Source of the DNA: Mogibacterium sp.
GTDB lineage: Bacteria; Bacillota; Clostridia; Peptostreptococcales; Anaerovoracaceae
Length of the DNA stretch: 64,000 nt
Assembly: GCA_017510725.1 (NCBI GenBank)
Contig: JAFWMD010000049.1
Location: 82,478 to 146,477 of the forward strand
Reading direction: 5' to 3'
Shown: positions 1 through 8,922 of the stretch, one piece after another
How the letters are laid out: the number at the start of each line of letters is the position of its first letter
Numbering within the stretch: the first letter of the stretch is position 1
Program-made: the position numbers and the translations under genes
Notes under the pieces: model-generated
The model's input: only the letters and a program-made list of their open reading frames with translations
What the model was told of the DNA's origin: nothing
The model's database searches: none

Positions 1-1059
1 GCTTATAATGATCCACATAAAAACGACACAGACAATTGTAAGCACTGCTATCATGATGCAGTTTGCCGCTGTCGTAGTAAACTTGAAAAAGAATATCGGA
101 GCAGTGCCGATGAACAGTCCTATCGTTGTCCATCCGAACGCAAGTCCTGGTGTATGCGGCATGACCGATACAAGAATGCCCAGCGTTATCGCCATGGTCA
201 TGCTGAACAGCATCACGCCAAAGAGCGACACTATCATGTGATTATCTCCAGCCATCAGGAAGGGGGCCGCGAGCAGCGCGCTGATGATTGCTGTCCTTTT
301 GAAACCGCAGCAGTCGGCAAGTATGCCGCCAAGAGCCTTTCCGATCCCCATGAACGAGAACAGCATGACAGTCTGTATCACGGTCTTGTTCCATGATGTC
401 GGTATGCCGTAGCCCATAAACCCGCGGACAGCCACAACCGTCACAGCCATGATTATTATGATGCCGGCAGGTATTCCCGCTTTAGCATATCTGAAGTCCC
501 TGCATTGCTGTGAATAAGGGACTTCGCTGTCACTTATGAACCTCTGGGCATACAGGGCAAGAGGAAGCGCTGTCACTAATAGCACGGCAGGAAGCCAGCA
601 CTGTAATCCGGCTTTTGCCATCAGTCTGCCTGTTACAACTCCGAAAGAGCCTCCCGATACAAAAATTGCGCTGCCCGAAAGTTTGCCTTTTGCAGTTCTC
701 AGGGTAGTCTCTGCACCATTGACATGCACAAAGCAGTTGCCCAGGCAGAGCACTATCAGGGATGCATAGGGATTATCCGATATCTCGAAAACTCCCAGGG
801 CGATTGCCATCATGCCTAGTCCGATGGCACAGAGCGGCACTTTAGGATGCCTGTCGCTGAAGTAGCCTATGATTGCCTGCGGTACGAACGCAAGCATGTC
901 GTAGGAAAGGAATATCAGCCATATAGCAGGCCTGTCCCCTACATACCTTGTCAGGGTAAAAAAGCAGGCAACCTCTGTTACAAAGTGAATGTAGAAGTAG
1001 AGTATGCCTGATATATAATTGTCATTCAATCTTGCTTTTGCACGTTCTTCCATATACAT
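1..1059 (-). CDS. Polytopic membrane protein (MFS-transporter-like); C-terminal part lies beyond the window edge
   Basis: The minus-strand frame stays open from ATG 1059..1057 (MYMEERAKARLNDNYISGILYF...) to base 1, and is preceded by in-frame TAG at 1086..1084. Hand translation gives consecutive hydrophobic helices (VPLCAIGLGMMAIALGVFEI, ASLIVLCLGNCFVHV). It is absent from the ORF track because there is no stop inside the window. Confidence 0.6.
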   Translation of the reverse strand, partial: MYMEERAKARLNDNYISGILYFYIHFVTEVACFFTLTRYVGDRPAIWLIFLSYDMLAFVPQAIIGYFSDRHPKVPLCAIGLGMMAIALGVFEISDNPYASLIVLCLGNCFVHVNGAETTLRTAKGKLSGSAIFVSGGSFGVVTGRLMAKAGLQCWLPAVLLVTALPLALYAQRFISDSEVPYSQQCRDFRYAKAGIPAGIIIIMAVTVVAVRGFMGYGIPTSWNKTVIQTVMLFSFMGIGKALGGILADCCGFKRTAIISALLAAPFLMAGDNHMIVSLFGVMLFSMTMAITLGILVSVMPHTPGLAFGWTTIGLFIGTAPIFFFKFTTTAANCIMIAVLTIVCVVFMWIIIS

Positions 1060-1242
1060 CCGACGCCCGGTCTCTTTAAAGTACTATCAGGCAGATACCG
1101 AGTCCTATCAGAACTACGCCAAGAACAGATGCACCTATCATTGCTGCCCGGATGCCGCCGTCGCTCTTTTTTGCCTGTGTCATGAGCTTGGCAGTGTCCT
1201 CCATAAGCAATCCGTAATCGTTGTTTATTTCGTTCATTTTGA

Positions 1243-1746
1243 TTATCCGATTCCCAATGTAAGTTCGATATTACATGCTTCAGCGGTAGTATCGTCAGTA
1301 ATGCCCGTATTCCTGACAATCACCTTATCGCCCGGAGACAGTCCGGCCGGAATGTTGATCTCGTACCGCTTTCCAGTTCCGAAGTCCACCACTTTGCGGC
1401 AGCCCCGGAGCATCTCATCCAGAGACAGCGTCAGATTGGCCTGTAAATCTTTTCTTCTCTGCTGGCCTGCGTCGTTTGCTCCCCAGAGAAGAACCGTGCC
1501 CTCATGGCTGTCATCAGATTCATATACATTGTTGTTTGGCGCGTTTAAGCGCTTCTTTATTTCCTCATAGCTTGGAATGTTTGCCTGTGCTCTTGACACC
1601 TGTGCTGCAGGCGCTTCCACCTGCTGCATGGCTTGTCTGTTAGGGGCTGCAGAGCCCGGCATTCTTACCGGTGATCCGCATTTGCGGCAGAACTTGTCCC
1701 CGTCTTTTATTGTATTGCCGCATTTTGAGCAAAACCTTGCCTGCAT
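1243..1746 (-). CDS. Zinc-ribbon protein with conserved C-terminal beta-rich domain (paralogue of 54950..55837)
   Basis: N-terminal CxxC...CxxC (FCSKCG...FCRKCG). The C-terminal VDFGTGKRYEINIPAGLSPGDKV...CNIELTL matches [23 protein letters not shown]...CNIRLRI of 54950..55837. Confidence 0.8.
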   Translation of the reverse strand: MQARFCSKCGNTIKDGDKFCRKCGSPVRMPGSAAPNRQAMQQVEAPAAQVSRAQANIPSYEEIKKRLNAPNNNVYESDDSHEGTVLLWGANDAGQQRRKDLQANLTLSLDEMLRGCRKVVDFGTGKRYEINIPAGLSPGDKVIVRNTGITDDTTAEACNIELTLGIG

Positions 1747-1767
1747 CGTTTTCCTCCGAATCCATGA

Positions 1768-2844
1768 TCAGTCTATGCTGACATTGAACGTTATTTCTGC
1801 AACATTTATGCTGTCGCCCGCCTTGAGTTCGCACTTTCTGCCGGCTTCAACTTTTGAGCCGTTCAGGCTGACTCCGTTGGTAGAATTGTCATCTACGAGG
1901 TATACCGAGCCGCCTGATTCCTCGAAGTGCATGTGTTTACGGCTCATGCCTCTTCTTCTGACAGCATAGTCATTCTCATCGGACTTGCGGCCGATCGAGA
2001 ACGGGAACCTGTCGATCCTGAGTTTCTTTGTGTCACCTGTTTCGTCGTCAATCCAGCTGAGCATGAGTACAGGTTTTTTTGTCTCCGGTACTGCAGCAGG
2101 CTTCCTGACCGGTGCTTCAGGTGCAGCCGGCTCAGGTTTTTCGACCGGCACAACTACAGGAGCGGCCTTTTGTGTCTCCGCAGGCGTTACCGGTACCACT
2201 GGAGTTACAGGAGTTACAGGCGCAGCCGGTTTCGCTTTTTCTGCGGTATTTACGATTTCTTCTTTTCTGAGCAGCTTCGTCTGTTTAAGCTCGTCCTCCT
2301 GCGCTTTCTCGATCTCTTTCTTTCTGAGTTCGTTAGTATAGCTCAGGGACTTTTTCTTCGGCCTGAGCCCACAGTCTATGTACACGACCTCGCTCTCATC
2401 ATATTCGTATATGTTGAGCTCTTTTGCATCGATCGTTACCGATTTACTGCGGCTCTCCATTTCTGAACGCATTTCAGACTCATAGGCCATTTTCTTCATG
2501 GACTGGATCTGCTCACGTCTGGCAAGTTCATCATAATCCACGTGAACCGAAAGCTTGACCTTTCCTATCGTCAGCTTACAGCCTTCCTCAAGGTTGTACG
2601 GCACGTTTGCCTCAAGCTGCACACCGTTTATGAAAGTGCCTGCTGTTGAACCAAGATCCTTGACCGTGACCTTTCCGCCCATGCACTCAAAAACGCAATG
2701 TGCCCTGCTTATGCTTTCATGGAAAAGATATATATCTACCATGCCTTCGTTTCTGCCAAGCGTTGAAGGTATATTCGTGATTTCGATCTTCATTTTGCGG
2801 TTGCTGAGAACAGCAACCGGAGGCATTGCACTGTCGTTATACAT
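1768..2844 (-). CDS. Tandem FHA-domain protein
   Basis: Two FHA signatures: TLGRNEG...ISRAHCVF...STAGTFING and FSIGRKSD...MSRKHMHF...NSTNGVSLNG, joined by a Pro/Val/Ala-rich linker. Shares the inter-domain motif EYDESEVVYIDCGLRPKKK with 55868..56953. Confidence 0.9.
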   Translation of the reverse strand: MYNDSAMPPVAVLSNRKMKIEITNIPSTLGRNEGMVDIYLFHESISRAHCVFECMGGKVTVKDLGSTAGTFINGVQLEANVPYNLEEGCKLTIGKVKLSVHVDYDELARREQIQSMKKMAYESEMRSEMESRSKSVTIDAKELNIYEYDESEVVYIDCGLRPKKKSLSYTNELRKKEIEKAQEDELKQTKLLRKEEIVNTAEKAKPAAPVTPVTPVVPVTPAETQKAAPVVVPVEKPEPAAPEAPVRKPAAVPETKKPVLMLSWIDDETGDTKKLRIDRFPFSIGRKSDENDYAVRRRGMSRKHMHFEESGGSVYLVDDNSTNGVSLNGSKVEAGRKCELKAGDSINVAEITFNVSID

Positions 2845-2862
2845 AAAATTCAGGACCCTTCT

Positions 2863-3816
2863 TTACTCTTCATTGCTATCCTTGCGCACTTTCAGTCCGT
2901 AATCCTTCTCGACCGACAGTGCCAGCGGCGTGTCATTGGTAAAGTAATTATCGACACCCATGTCTATCGCTTTTTTGATCTCATCCTCTGTGTTGATTGT
3001 CCATGCTCCGAACTTCTTGCCTGCATCGTGAGCCGCTTTACAGTTGCTTTCCGTTAAAATACCGGTTTCGACAGTAGCTCTTACGGAAATGGTATCGATG
3101 TACGACTGATCCAATGCATAATCGAAGTCTCCCTGGTTCCAGCATACCAGCAGCTTCGGCATGTCCGGATACTTCTTGTCGAGTATGTCAAGTGTATCAG
3201 CTTTCATGGATGCAGCTGTAATAACATCGCTTAATCCGGTATCGTCCACCAGCTTTTCAAAAGCCAGCAGGCACTTGTCGCTGTTATCCTTGATCTCGAT
3301 CACATAATTGATATCCTTGCCGTAATGCTCGAACACCTCGCTCAGGCGCAGTATCTTATTGCCCGCCGCTGTTTTGAGTCCGTCAACGGTCTCGGAGCTT
3401 ATATACTCATACATTCCGTTATAGTCGGTCATCGTATAGGCATTGAGCTCGCTTGAAACATAGAGCACGCCGTCAGATGAGATAACTACATCCACGCCTA
3501 TGTACTGCGATCCGGCATCGATCGCCGCATCATAAGCCTTGAAGCTGTGTTCCTCTGGGCCCTCAGTTCCGCGGTAGGAGTATACATGCGAAGCTGCCAG
3601 CTTCTCTTCAGTCGATTTCTTCATGGCAGACTGCTCTTCTTCCTTCTTCTGCTCTTCTTCCTGTGCGGTTTCCTGTGAAGCCTGCTCATTCTGAGCTTGT
3701 TCCGGCTCACGTGCGGTATTGGCGGCCTTGCCGAGATGGAGTATCCACGCCACTGCAGCAACGACCAGTATGAGCATTACTATTATCAATGTCTTCAGTG
3801 TTTTTCTCTTTTTCAT
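2863..3816 (-). CDS. Membrane-anchored glycerophosphodiester phosphodiesterase (GDPD) family protein
   Basis: N-terminal TM (LIIVMLILVVAAVAWIL), then a GDPD-like core (HSFKAYDAAIDAGSQYIGVDVVISSDGVLYVSSE ... GAWTINTEDEIKKAIDMGVDNYFTND). Its start overlaps the upstream stop by 4 nt. Confidence 0.75.
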   Translation of the reverse strand: MKKRKTLKTLIIVMLILVVAAVAWILHLGKAANTAREPEQAQNEQASQETAQEEEQKKEEEQSAMKKSTEEKLAASHVYSYRGTEGPEEHSFKAYDAAIDAGSQYIGVDVVISSDGVLYVSSELNAYTMTDYNGMYEYISSETVDGLKTAAGNKILRLSEVFEHYGKDINYVIEIKDNSDKCLLAFEKLVDDTGLSDVITAASMKADTLDILDKKYPDMPKLLVCWNQGDFDYALDQSYIDTISVRATVETGILTESNCKAAHDAGKKFGAWTINTEDEIKKAIDMGVDNYFTNDTPLALSVEKDYGLKVRKDSNEE

Positions 3817-4706
3817 CCCTTGTGATCCCTGAACGCTTTGACTGCGTCTTTCATGTCGAGCGGCTCGTAGCCGAGCTCGCTTCTGAGTTTAGTTATATCC
3901 ATGTGGAACGGTCTTCCCTTTTCCGGATACGAATCATCGTAATCGATCGGAACAGGATTTCCGTACACTTCATTGACTATCTGCGCCACCTCTAGATTGC
4001 TGTACGCATGAGGCATGCCAACGTTTACTATAATGTTGCTGTCAGCACTGTACTGCTCATTGCCCAGCGCCAGAATGGCAAGCACTTTCACCAGATCCTT
4101 TACGTATACGTACTGTTTCTTCAGCACGCTTTTGCCCATCACCTTGATGGTGCCGTGGTCGCGCGCAGTGTCGAGAAACACGTTCATCATGCCGCGGCGT
4201 TTTTCGCCCTCGCCCAGCACCTGTGCTATGCGCGCGATGCCGTATGTTATCTCATTCTTCTCTGCGTATTCCCTGATGGTATGCTCGCAGTTTGCCTTGG
4301 AATCGCCGTAGCTGGAGCGTCCTTTCAGCGGTGCATCCTCGGTCCACGGCATAAGGCTGTCATCGTTATAGACCGACATTGTCGATGCAAATACGATGCG
4401 TCTTACGTGACATCTCAGCATCGCCTGTACAATGCTGTCGGTCATTGCCTCGTTTACCATGAATTTAGCCGGGTCGTTCTCGGTACCCCGCACGCCTGCA
4501 AGGTGGATGATCACATCCGCTCCTTCGAGTGCGCTTTCAAGGCTTTCGAGTGAGTAATTCGTACTGCGCCACTCGCAGCGCCCGGAATCCTCACAGGCGG
4601 AGGCATCCCTGGTCAATGCTATGACGCTGATATCTTCTCTCTTATTCAGTAAGGCAAGCAGCTCCGCACCTATGAAGCCGCTCGCGCCGGTGACTGCGAT
4701 CTTCAT
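3813..4706 (-). CDS. NAD-dependent epimerase/dehydratase (extended SDR) family protein
   Basis: N-terminal Rossmann motif MKIAVTGASGFIGAEL; 297 aa, a typical extended-SDR length. Confidence 0.85.
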   Translation of the reverse strand: MKIAVTGASGFIGAELLALLNKREDISVIALTRDASACEDSGRCEWRSTNYSLESLESALEGADVIIHLAGVRGTENDPAKFMVNEAMTDSIVQAMLRCHVRRIVFASTMSVYNDDSLMPWTEDAPLKGRSSYGDSKANCEHTIREYAEKNEITYGIARIAQVLGEGEKRRGMMNVFLDTARDHGTIKVMGKSVLKKQYVYVKDLVKVLAILALGNEQYSADSNIIVNVGMPHAYSNLEVAQIVNEVYGNPVPIDYDDSYPEKGRPFHMDITKLRSELGYEPLDMKDAVKAFRDHKG

Positions 4707-4707
4707 A

Positions 4708-6015
4708 TTATTTTACTTTGCAGACGAAGCATCTCTGCTTGCCTGTCTGATCAGGAGGCAGCTCGTCGAGCCACTCGATGGTGATCTTGAACTCATCGCC
4801 ATAGAGTTTTGTCACTTCGGTAATGAAGCGGTCCTCGATCTCCTCTTTCGTCATCGACTCGTTGAACGGATCTGCGACGAGCTGGATCTTCATGTCGTGA
4901 TATGTTTCCTCAATGAACCTGAACTGCGAGAGTCCTACCGTATGGTTCGCTATTCTCATCAGCTGAAGAGCCGACGAATCAGCTCCGCCCTCATGCTTAA
5001 CAAGGTCGTTCACACGGCCCTCGATATCCGTAAAGTAGCGGATGCCGTCCTTGACGAACGATTTTCCGAGGTCCATGGTCTCGTAGTTGATGAGCGGATA
5101 TGTCTGCTTGTAGAGCGATGTCACCAGTATGCGGCCGTCGTCTGCAAGCTCGTTTTTGTCGTTGTATACGTTTGCGACTGCTATATCGTTCGCGACCAGT
5201 CTGTACGGCTTTCCAGGGATCTCATAGATGAAGCTTCCCATCTCGGATACGCCATACGCGTCGATAAGTCCGTCGCCCAGAGTCTTGGCGAGCATTCTGC
5301 GCGTAACGCCGTCGACCATTTCGCTGATCGGGGCATAGAACTTAGGCTTGTATATGCTGAGTCCGTGCTCTTCCGCATACTGTACCATGCGCACCATTAC
5401 GTTGCGGCGCAGGCAGATGAGATCAGGCTTGTAATCATTGATATCCGCGATCAGATCGGCAATGCCGTCGCCCACGATATGATCTTCGCCTACTACCTTG
5501 CGGCGCATCAGCCCGAACTTCTGTATGATGGAGTCCCTGTTCTTCTTACGGGGACCCTTATGGCTCGTTGAAAAGGAATACATCTTGCCGAACAGCGGTC
5601 TGTAGCCCGCTGCCTTGAGGGCTCTCGCCCAGTTGGCGTCGCTGCATGCCTGCTCTTTCTGTGTGTAGAGCATCTTAAGAGGTGTTCCCGATGATCCGCT
5701 CGTGCTGAGAATGTTGATGTCGTCGTGCTTCTCAGGATGATCGTCCCACTCCTTCTGCATCCAGAGACGGAGCTCCGGTTTTGTAAGCGGAGGGAACTTT
5801 ACGAGATCCTCTGCCGAATGATAATCATTAGGCGTCGTTCCGGACTTCTCAAATTTCTCCCTGTACATCGGGATCTTATATGCCTTCTTCATCAGCTTAT
5901 AGATCCTGCGGTTCTGATCGCCTTTGATCTTCTTTGGATCTCCGTCGAGCGTCTTTCTGAGTGTCAGCAGGTACCAGACTGTATAAACATTTTTTAGCTT
6001 TTTCTGAATGCCCAT
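4708..6015 (-). CDS. Adenylate-forming enzyme, phenylacetate-CoA ligase / CapK / F390-synthetase-like
   Basis: AMP-binding core motif ILSTSGSSGTPLKM. The size (435 aa) and N-terminal region are typical of the CapK/PaaK-like group found in polysaccharide loci. Confidence 0.75.
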   Translation of the reverse strand: MGIQKKLKNVYTVWYLLTLRKTLDGDPKKIKGDQNRRIYKLMKKAYKIPMYREKFEKSGTTPNDYHSAEDLVKFPPLTKPELRLWMQKEWDDHPEKHDDINILSTSGSSGTPLKMLYTQKEQACSDANWARALKAAGYRPLFGKMYSFSTSHKGPRKKNRDSIIQKFGLMRRKVVGEDHIVGDGIADLIADINDYKPDLICLRRNVMVRMVQYAEEHGLSIYKPKFYAPISEMVDGVTRRMLAKTLGDGLIDAYGVSEMGSFIYEIPGKPYRLVANDIAVANVYNDKNELADDGRILVTSLYKQTYPLINYETMDLGKSFVKDGIRYFTDIEGRVNDLVKHEGGADSSALQLMRIANHTVGLSQFRFIEETYHDMKIQLVADPFNESMTKEEIEDRFITEVTKLYGDEFKITIEWLDELPPDQTGKQRCFVCKVK

Positions 6016-6028
6016 TTTCTCCTCCCGG

Positions 6029-7156
6029 TTATATAGTGCGGCCTGTTTTGCGGATGATATATCCGCATTTTTCCATGTAGCCGTTGATCTTCAGTACTCT
6101 GTCTCCGTCGCTGTAGTAGTAGCAGACATATTCCGCGCCTTCTGTATCGAAGTCCGCTTTTGAGAACTTTGTATTAGGTTCCTTGCTCATGAACACAAGG
6201 CTGTATTCTTCGCACGGCATCTCATACTCACCGTCGAGCACCGATTCACCTTCAAGCAGCTGCCTGAAGCACGCCTCGAGCAGATCAGCTCCGCAGTAGT
6301 GCCTGATCAGATTCCACATGTGGCATCCGTCGAGTCTCGGTGTCACCTCGATGATGACCGGCTCCCTTCCGTCCTTGAGTTTTATCTGGAAGTAGCACGG
6401 GCCGTTGTTGATGCCAATTTTTGCCGCCACTCTTGCGGCGAGGTCCATAGTCTTTGCCTGTGCTTCCCTGTCTGCAAACGACGAAGGAACTCTGTGCTCC
6501 TTGATGATGCCGCCCGGCAGTTCGTCGAACGCATAGCGGTCGCTCACCAGAGCGAACTTCATCTTACCGTCCTGCATGTAGGCATTGACCGACACTTCAG
6601 GGCCATCTATATACTCCTCTATTATTACCTTTCCTTCGAAGGAATAGTCCAGAGATGCCGCGAAATGCTCTTTTATATCCTCAGATGACACTACCTTGAA
6701 GCATCCTCTCTGTCCCTGGGAGTCGACCGGCTTCATCATGGCCGGAAAGTCTTTGTACTCAAGAGCTTCCTCAAGCGTACCGCATACCCTGAAAGCAGCA
6801 TTGCCTGCGAAGCCCTCTCCCAGAGTCTCTCTCATCATTCCTTTGGAGTGGCATATCTCTGCAGCTTCAGCTGTGATGAAATGAGGAAGGCCCAGTTTCT
6901 CGCTTACCTGCATGACTGTAGGCATGGCAAGGTCTGAGCCGACCGAATATATGGCCGACACACCGTACTTTTCTGCCAGGGCCGTTACGCCTTCTATGCT
7001 CTTTATGTCTACCTGTTCAAAAATATCGAGATGCGGAATGCCGCAGTCCACCGTCGTGTAGCTGCAGCCTACTACCTCGTAGCCGTGAGCCTTACAGTAT
7101 TCAATTGCATCAATCTGCGCATTTCCTGCGCCAAGTATAAGGATTCTTTTTTTCAT
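6029..7156 (-). CDS. ATP-grasp domain ligase
   Basis: KRILILGAGNAQIDAIEYCK pre-ATP-grasp segment. Central ATP-grasp-like region (MMKPVDSQGQRGCFKV ... IIEEYIDGPEVSVNAY). Confidence 0.75.
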   Translation of the reverse strand: MKKRILILGAGNAQIDAIEYCKAHGYEVVGCSYTTVDCGIPHLDIFEQVDIKSIEGVTALAEKYGVSAIYSVGSDLAMPTVMQVSEKLGLPHFITAEAAEICHSKGMMRETLGEGFAGNAAFRVCGTLEEALEYKDFPAMMKPVDSQGQRGCFKVVSSEDIKEHFAASLDYSFEGKVIIEEYIDGPEVSVNAYMQDGKMKFALVSDRYAFDELPGGIIKEHRVPSSFADREAQAKTMDLAARVAAKIGINNGPCYFQIKLKDGREPVIIEVTPRLDGCHMWNLIRHYCGADLLEACFRQLLEGESVLDGEYEMPCEEYSLVFMSKEPNTKFSKADFDTEGAEYVCYYYSDGDRVLKINGYMEKCGYIIRKTGRTI

Positions 7157-7379
7157 TGATAGTATTTAAATCTCATGCAGCAATAACGGATTATCTCTAT
7201 GGTCCCGGATTCACCTTAACAAGGAAGTCCCTTACAGCTGCCTTTATCCTGCCAGCCACTTTACCGGACTTCTCCTTTATGGTTTTCACTGTTTGCGTCA
7301 GTTTAAACTTGCTCATAGTTATTTACATTTTACCATAATTAACAAAACAAATGCTTATTTTGCCTGTATTTACAGGCAA

Positions 7380-7412
7380 ATAAAACGGCCCCGCCCTTAC
7401 GGTGCGGGGTCG
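7380..7412 (-). terminator. Rho-independent terminator downstream of 7430..8836
   Basis: GC stem CCCCGC (7389-7394) / GCGGGG (7404-7409). Read on the minus strand it is followed by TTTTATTT (7385-7378). A second small hairpin, TGCCTGTA..TACAGGCA, lies at 7361-7378. Confidence 0.7.
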
Positions 7413-7429
7413 CAGCATTCTTATCTGTT

Positions 7430-8836
7430 CTATGCGTTTGGTCCGGTGTATCTCATTACATAGCTCTTTCCGTCCCTGCCGTAGCGGCTCAGTCTTCCGG
7501 ACGCAGCGTTATGCTTGACTGCAATGGAGTTTGCACCCCAGCCGCCGCCGCTGGATTCGACTATGTCATTGCCGCCGATGTACATGCATGTATGACCGCT
7601 GTTGTCGCTGTGTGCAGACCAGTTGATGATAACATCTCCCGGCTGCAGATCGTTGACACTCAGGTTCTTGCACTTTCCGATCTTGGTCCAGCATGAGAAC
7701 TGAGAGAAGTTCTTGTCGTTCTCATACAGAGGCATCTTGCCGTGTGAGCATGCGTAATAGACTTCTGGGTCCTCCGCGCCATGAGCATATGCCGCTGCTA
7801 CGAATGTAAGGCAAACGTATGTCTTCTCGTAGCCCTTTGGCTTATTGTGCTTGACAGGTCCGCAGTTAGTGCCGCAGAAATAGCATCCGATGGCGTTTGC
7901 GGCAGGTTTCTTACCGTATGCGAACGAATCGTCAGCAGCTATATCGACTGCCCATGCGATGGCTGCCGCAGCTCCGTCTCCGGTCCAGACAGCATAGAGA
8001 TCCGTAGTCTCGCCCTTTTCCGCAAGGTCTTCAACTGTATCTCCGTCATGAAATTCCCTGAGGCCGCCATCTTCAGTCGCCCAGCCGAGGAACTTATGAG
8101 ATCCGTTCTCAAATGTGTTTGCATCGAGGTTCACGGCCTTATCCGATTCGATGATCTGTGTCGTAACAGCATCTTCATCGTCGCTTGAATGGAAGTTGAC
8201 GATATATGCGTCAATGGCTTCAACAGAGACGCTGACCTTCTCTTCAACTTCTTCATAGGCACTGCTTCCGATCTGCTTAACAAAGATCTCAGCTTCTCCC
8301 TCTCCTTTTGCCGTTATGTTGCCGTCCGCATCGACCTCAGCTACATTAGGATCGCTCGAAGTATAAATCAGCTTTTCGCCCGATGTAGACTCCGCGTTGA
8401 TGCATGCATCAAGTCCCGGATAGGTCATGGCATACTCAGTGCTGTCCGTTGAGATAGTCTGCTTCTGTCTCTCGATGTACTCGATCTCGACACGCTCACC
8501 TTTGCTGAGATTTTTGCCGTCCTTGCGCTCAACAAGGTAAAGGATCGAAGCGCTCTTTTCGCCGATGTTTTCAGCCGGTACTTTTATCTTGAACTTTGAA
8601 GGCATGCCGGTGTCAGGCAGCTTCTTCTCTGCAAGCACGCGAAGACCGGCCTTGAGGATTATCGACTGACCATTCGCCTCAGATACCTCTCCTTCGATAA
8701 ACGTTGCTTCTTTATCGTTGGTGACGAGTCTGGTGTTGTATACAGTCAGTCCCTGATTTTCCCCGGCCGCTGCAAACTGCGTTCCTATAAGCAGGACAAA
8801 ACATATTAATAATGCGATTCTAAATTTCTTCTTCAC
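7430..8836 (-). CDS. Secreted multidomain protein: Ig-like (Big_2), Listeria-Bacteroides-type repeat, C-terminal Cys/His papain-fold (NlpC/P60-like) domain
   Basis: Signal peptide MKKKFRIALLICFVLLIGTQFAAAG. YTSSDPNVAEVDADGNITAKGEGEAEIFV (Big_2-like). HKFLGWATEDGG...DLYAVW repeat. C-terminal KTYVCLTFVAAAYAHGAEDPE ... LQPGDVIINWS...GHTCMYIGGNDIVESSGGGWGANSIAVK is shared with 9989..11398. Confidence 0.7.
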   Translation of the reverse strand: MKKKFRIALLICFVLLIGTQFAAAGENQGLTVYNTRLVTNDKEATFIEGEVSEANGQSIILKAGLRVLAEKKLPDTGMPSKFKIKVPAENIGEKSASILYLVERKDGKNLSKGERVEIEYIERQKQTISTDSTEYAMTYPGLDACINAESTSGEKLIYTSSDPNVAEVDADGNITAKGEGEAEIFVKQIGSSAYEEVEEKVSVSVEAIDAYIVNFHSSDDEDAVTTQIIESDKAVNLDANTFENGSHKFLGWATEDGGLREFHDGDTVEDLAEKGETTDLYAVWTGDGAAAAIAWAVDIAADDSFAYGKKPAANAIGCYFCGTNCGPVKHNKPKGYEKTYVCLTFVAAAYAHGAEDPEVYYACSHGKMPLYENDKNFSQFSCWTKIGKCKNLSVNDLQPGDVIINWSAHSDNSGHTCMYIGGNDIVESSGGGWGANSIAVKHNAASGRLSRYGRDGKSYVMRYTGPNA

Positions 8837-8906
8837 AGCTCTAAAATTTTATCACAATAATCATGTGTTAACAACGTAAAACATAGCGTAATTTCACATA
8901 CAATTA

Positions 8907-8915
8907 TGGTATAAT
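8907..8915 (+). promoter_or_regulatory. Extended -10 box (TGgTATAAT) for 8923..9915; candidate leaderless transcript
   Basis: TG at 8907-8908 and TATAAT at 8910-8915. Only 7 nt (ctgccac) separate it from ATG 8923, and there is no Shine-Dalgarno sequence. Confidence 0.45.
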
Positions 8916-8922
8916 CTGCCAC

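Noticed and set aside
1026-1319. 97-aa minus-strand ORF from the track overlapping the 1059 start region.
   Set aside because: It is in a different frame from the long open membrane-protein frame (1..1059) and overlaps the 3' end of 1243..1746. It has no motifs.
4621-5571. Long plus-strand ORFs opposite recognised minus-strand genes. The set is 4621..5571, 11623..12498, 35734..36207, 37313..37918, 49599..50450, 59641..60651, 60826..61533, 63096..63770, 19267..19791 and 1019..1570.
   Set aside because: Each lies fully inside a minus-strand ORF that carries clear family motifs (adenylating enzyme, TagF, PP2C, kinase, EssC, LicD, AsnB-like). Their translations are low-complexity or Arg/Leu/Cys-rich with no motifs, so they are shadow ORFs.
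7197-7316. 39-aa Lys-rich minus-strand ORF (MSKFKLTQTVKTIKEKSGKVAGRIKAAVRDFLVKVNPGP) in the intergenic region upstream of the ATP-grasp gene.
   Set aside because: There is no Shine-Dalgarno sequence upstream of the ATG and no recognisable family, so it could be chance. It is worth a conservation check only.
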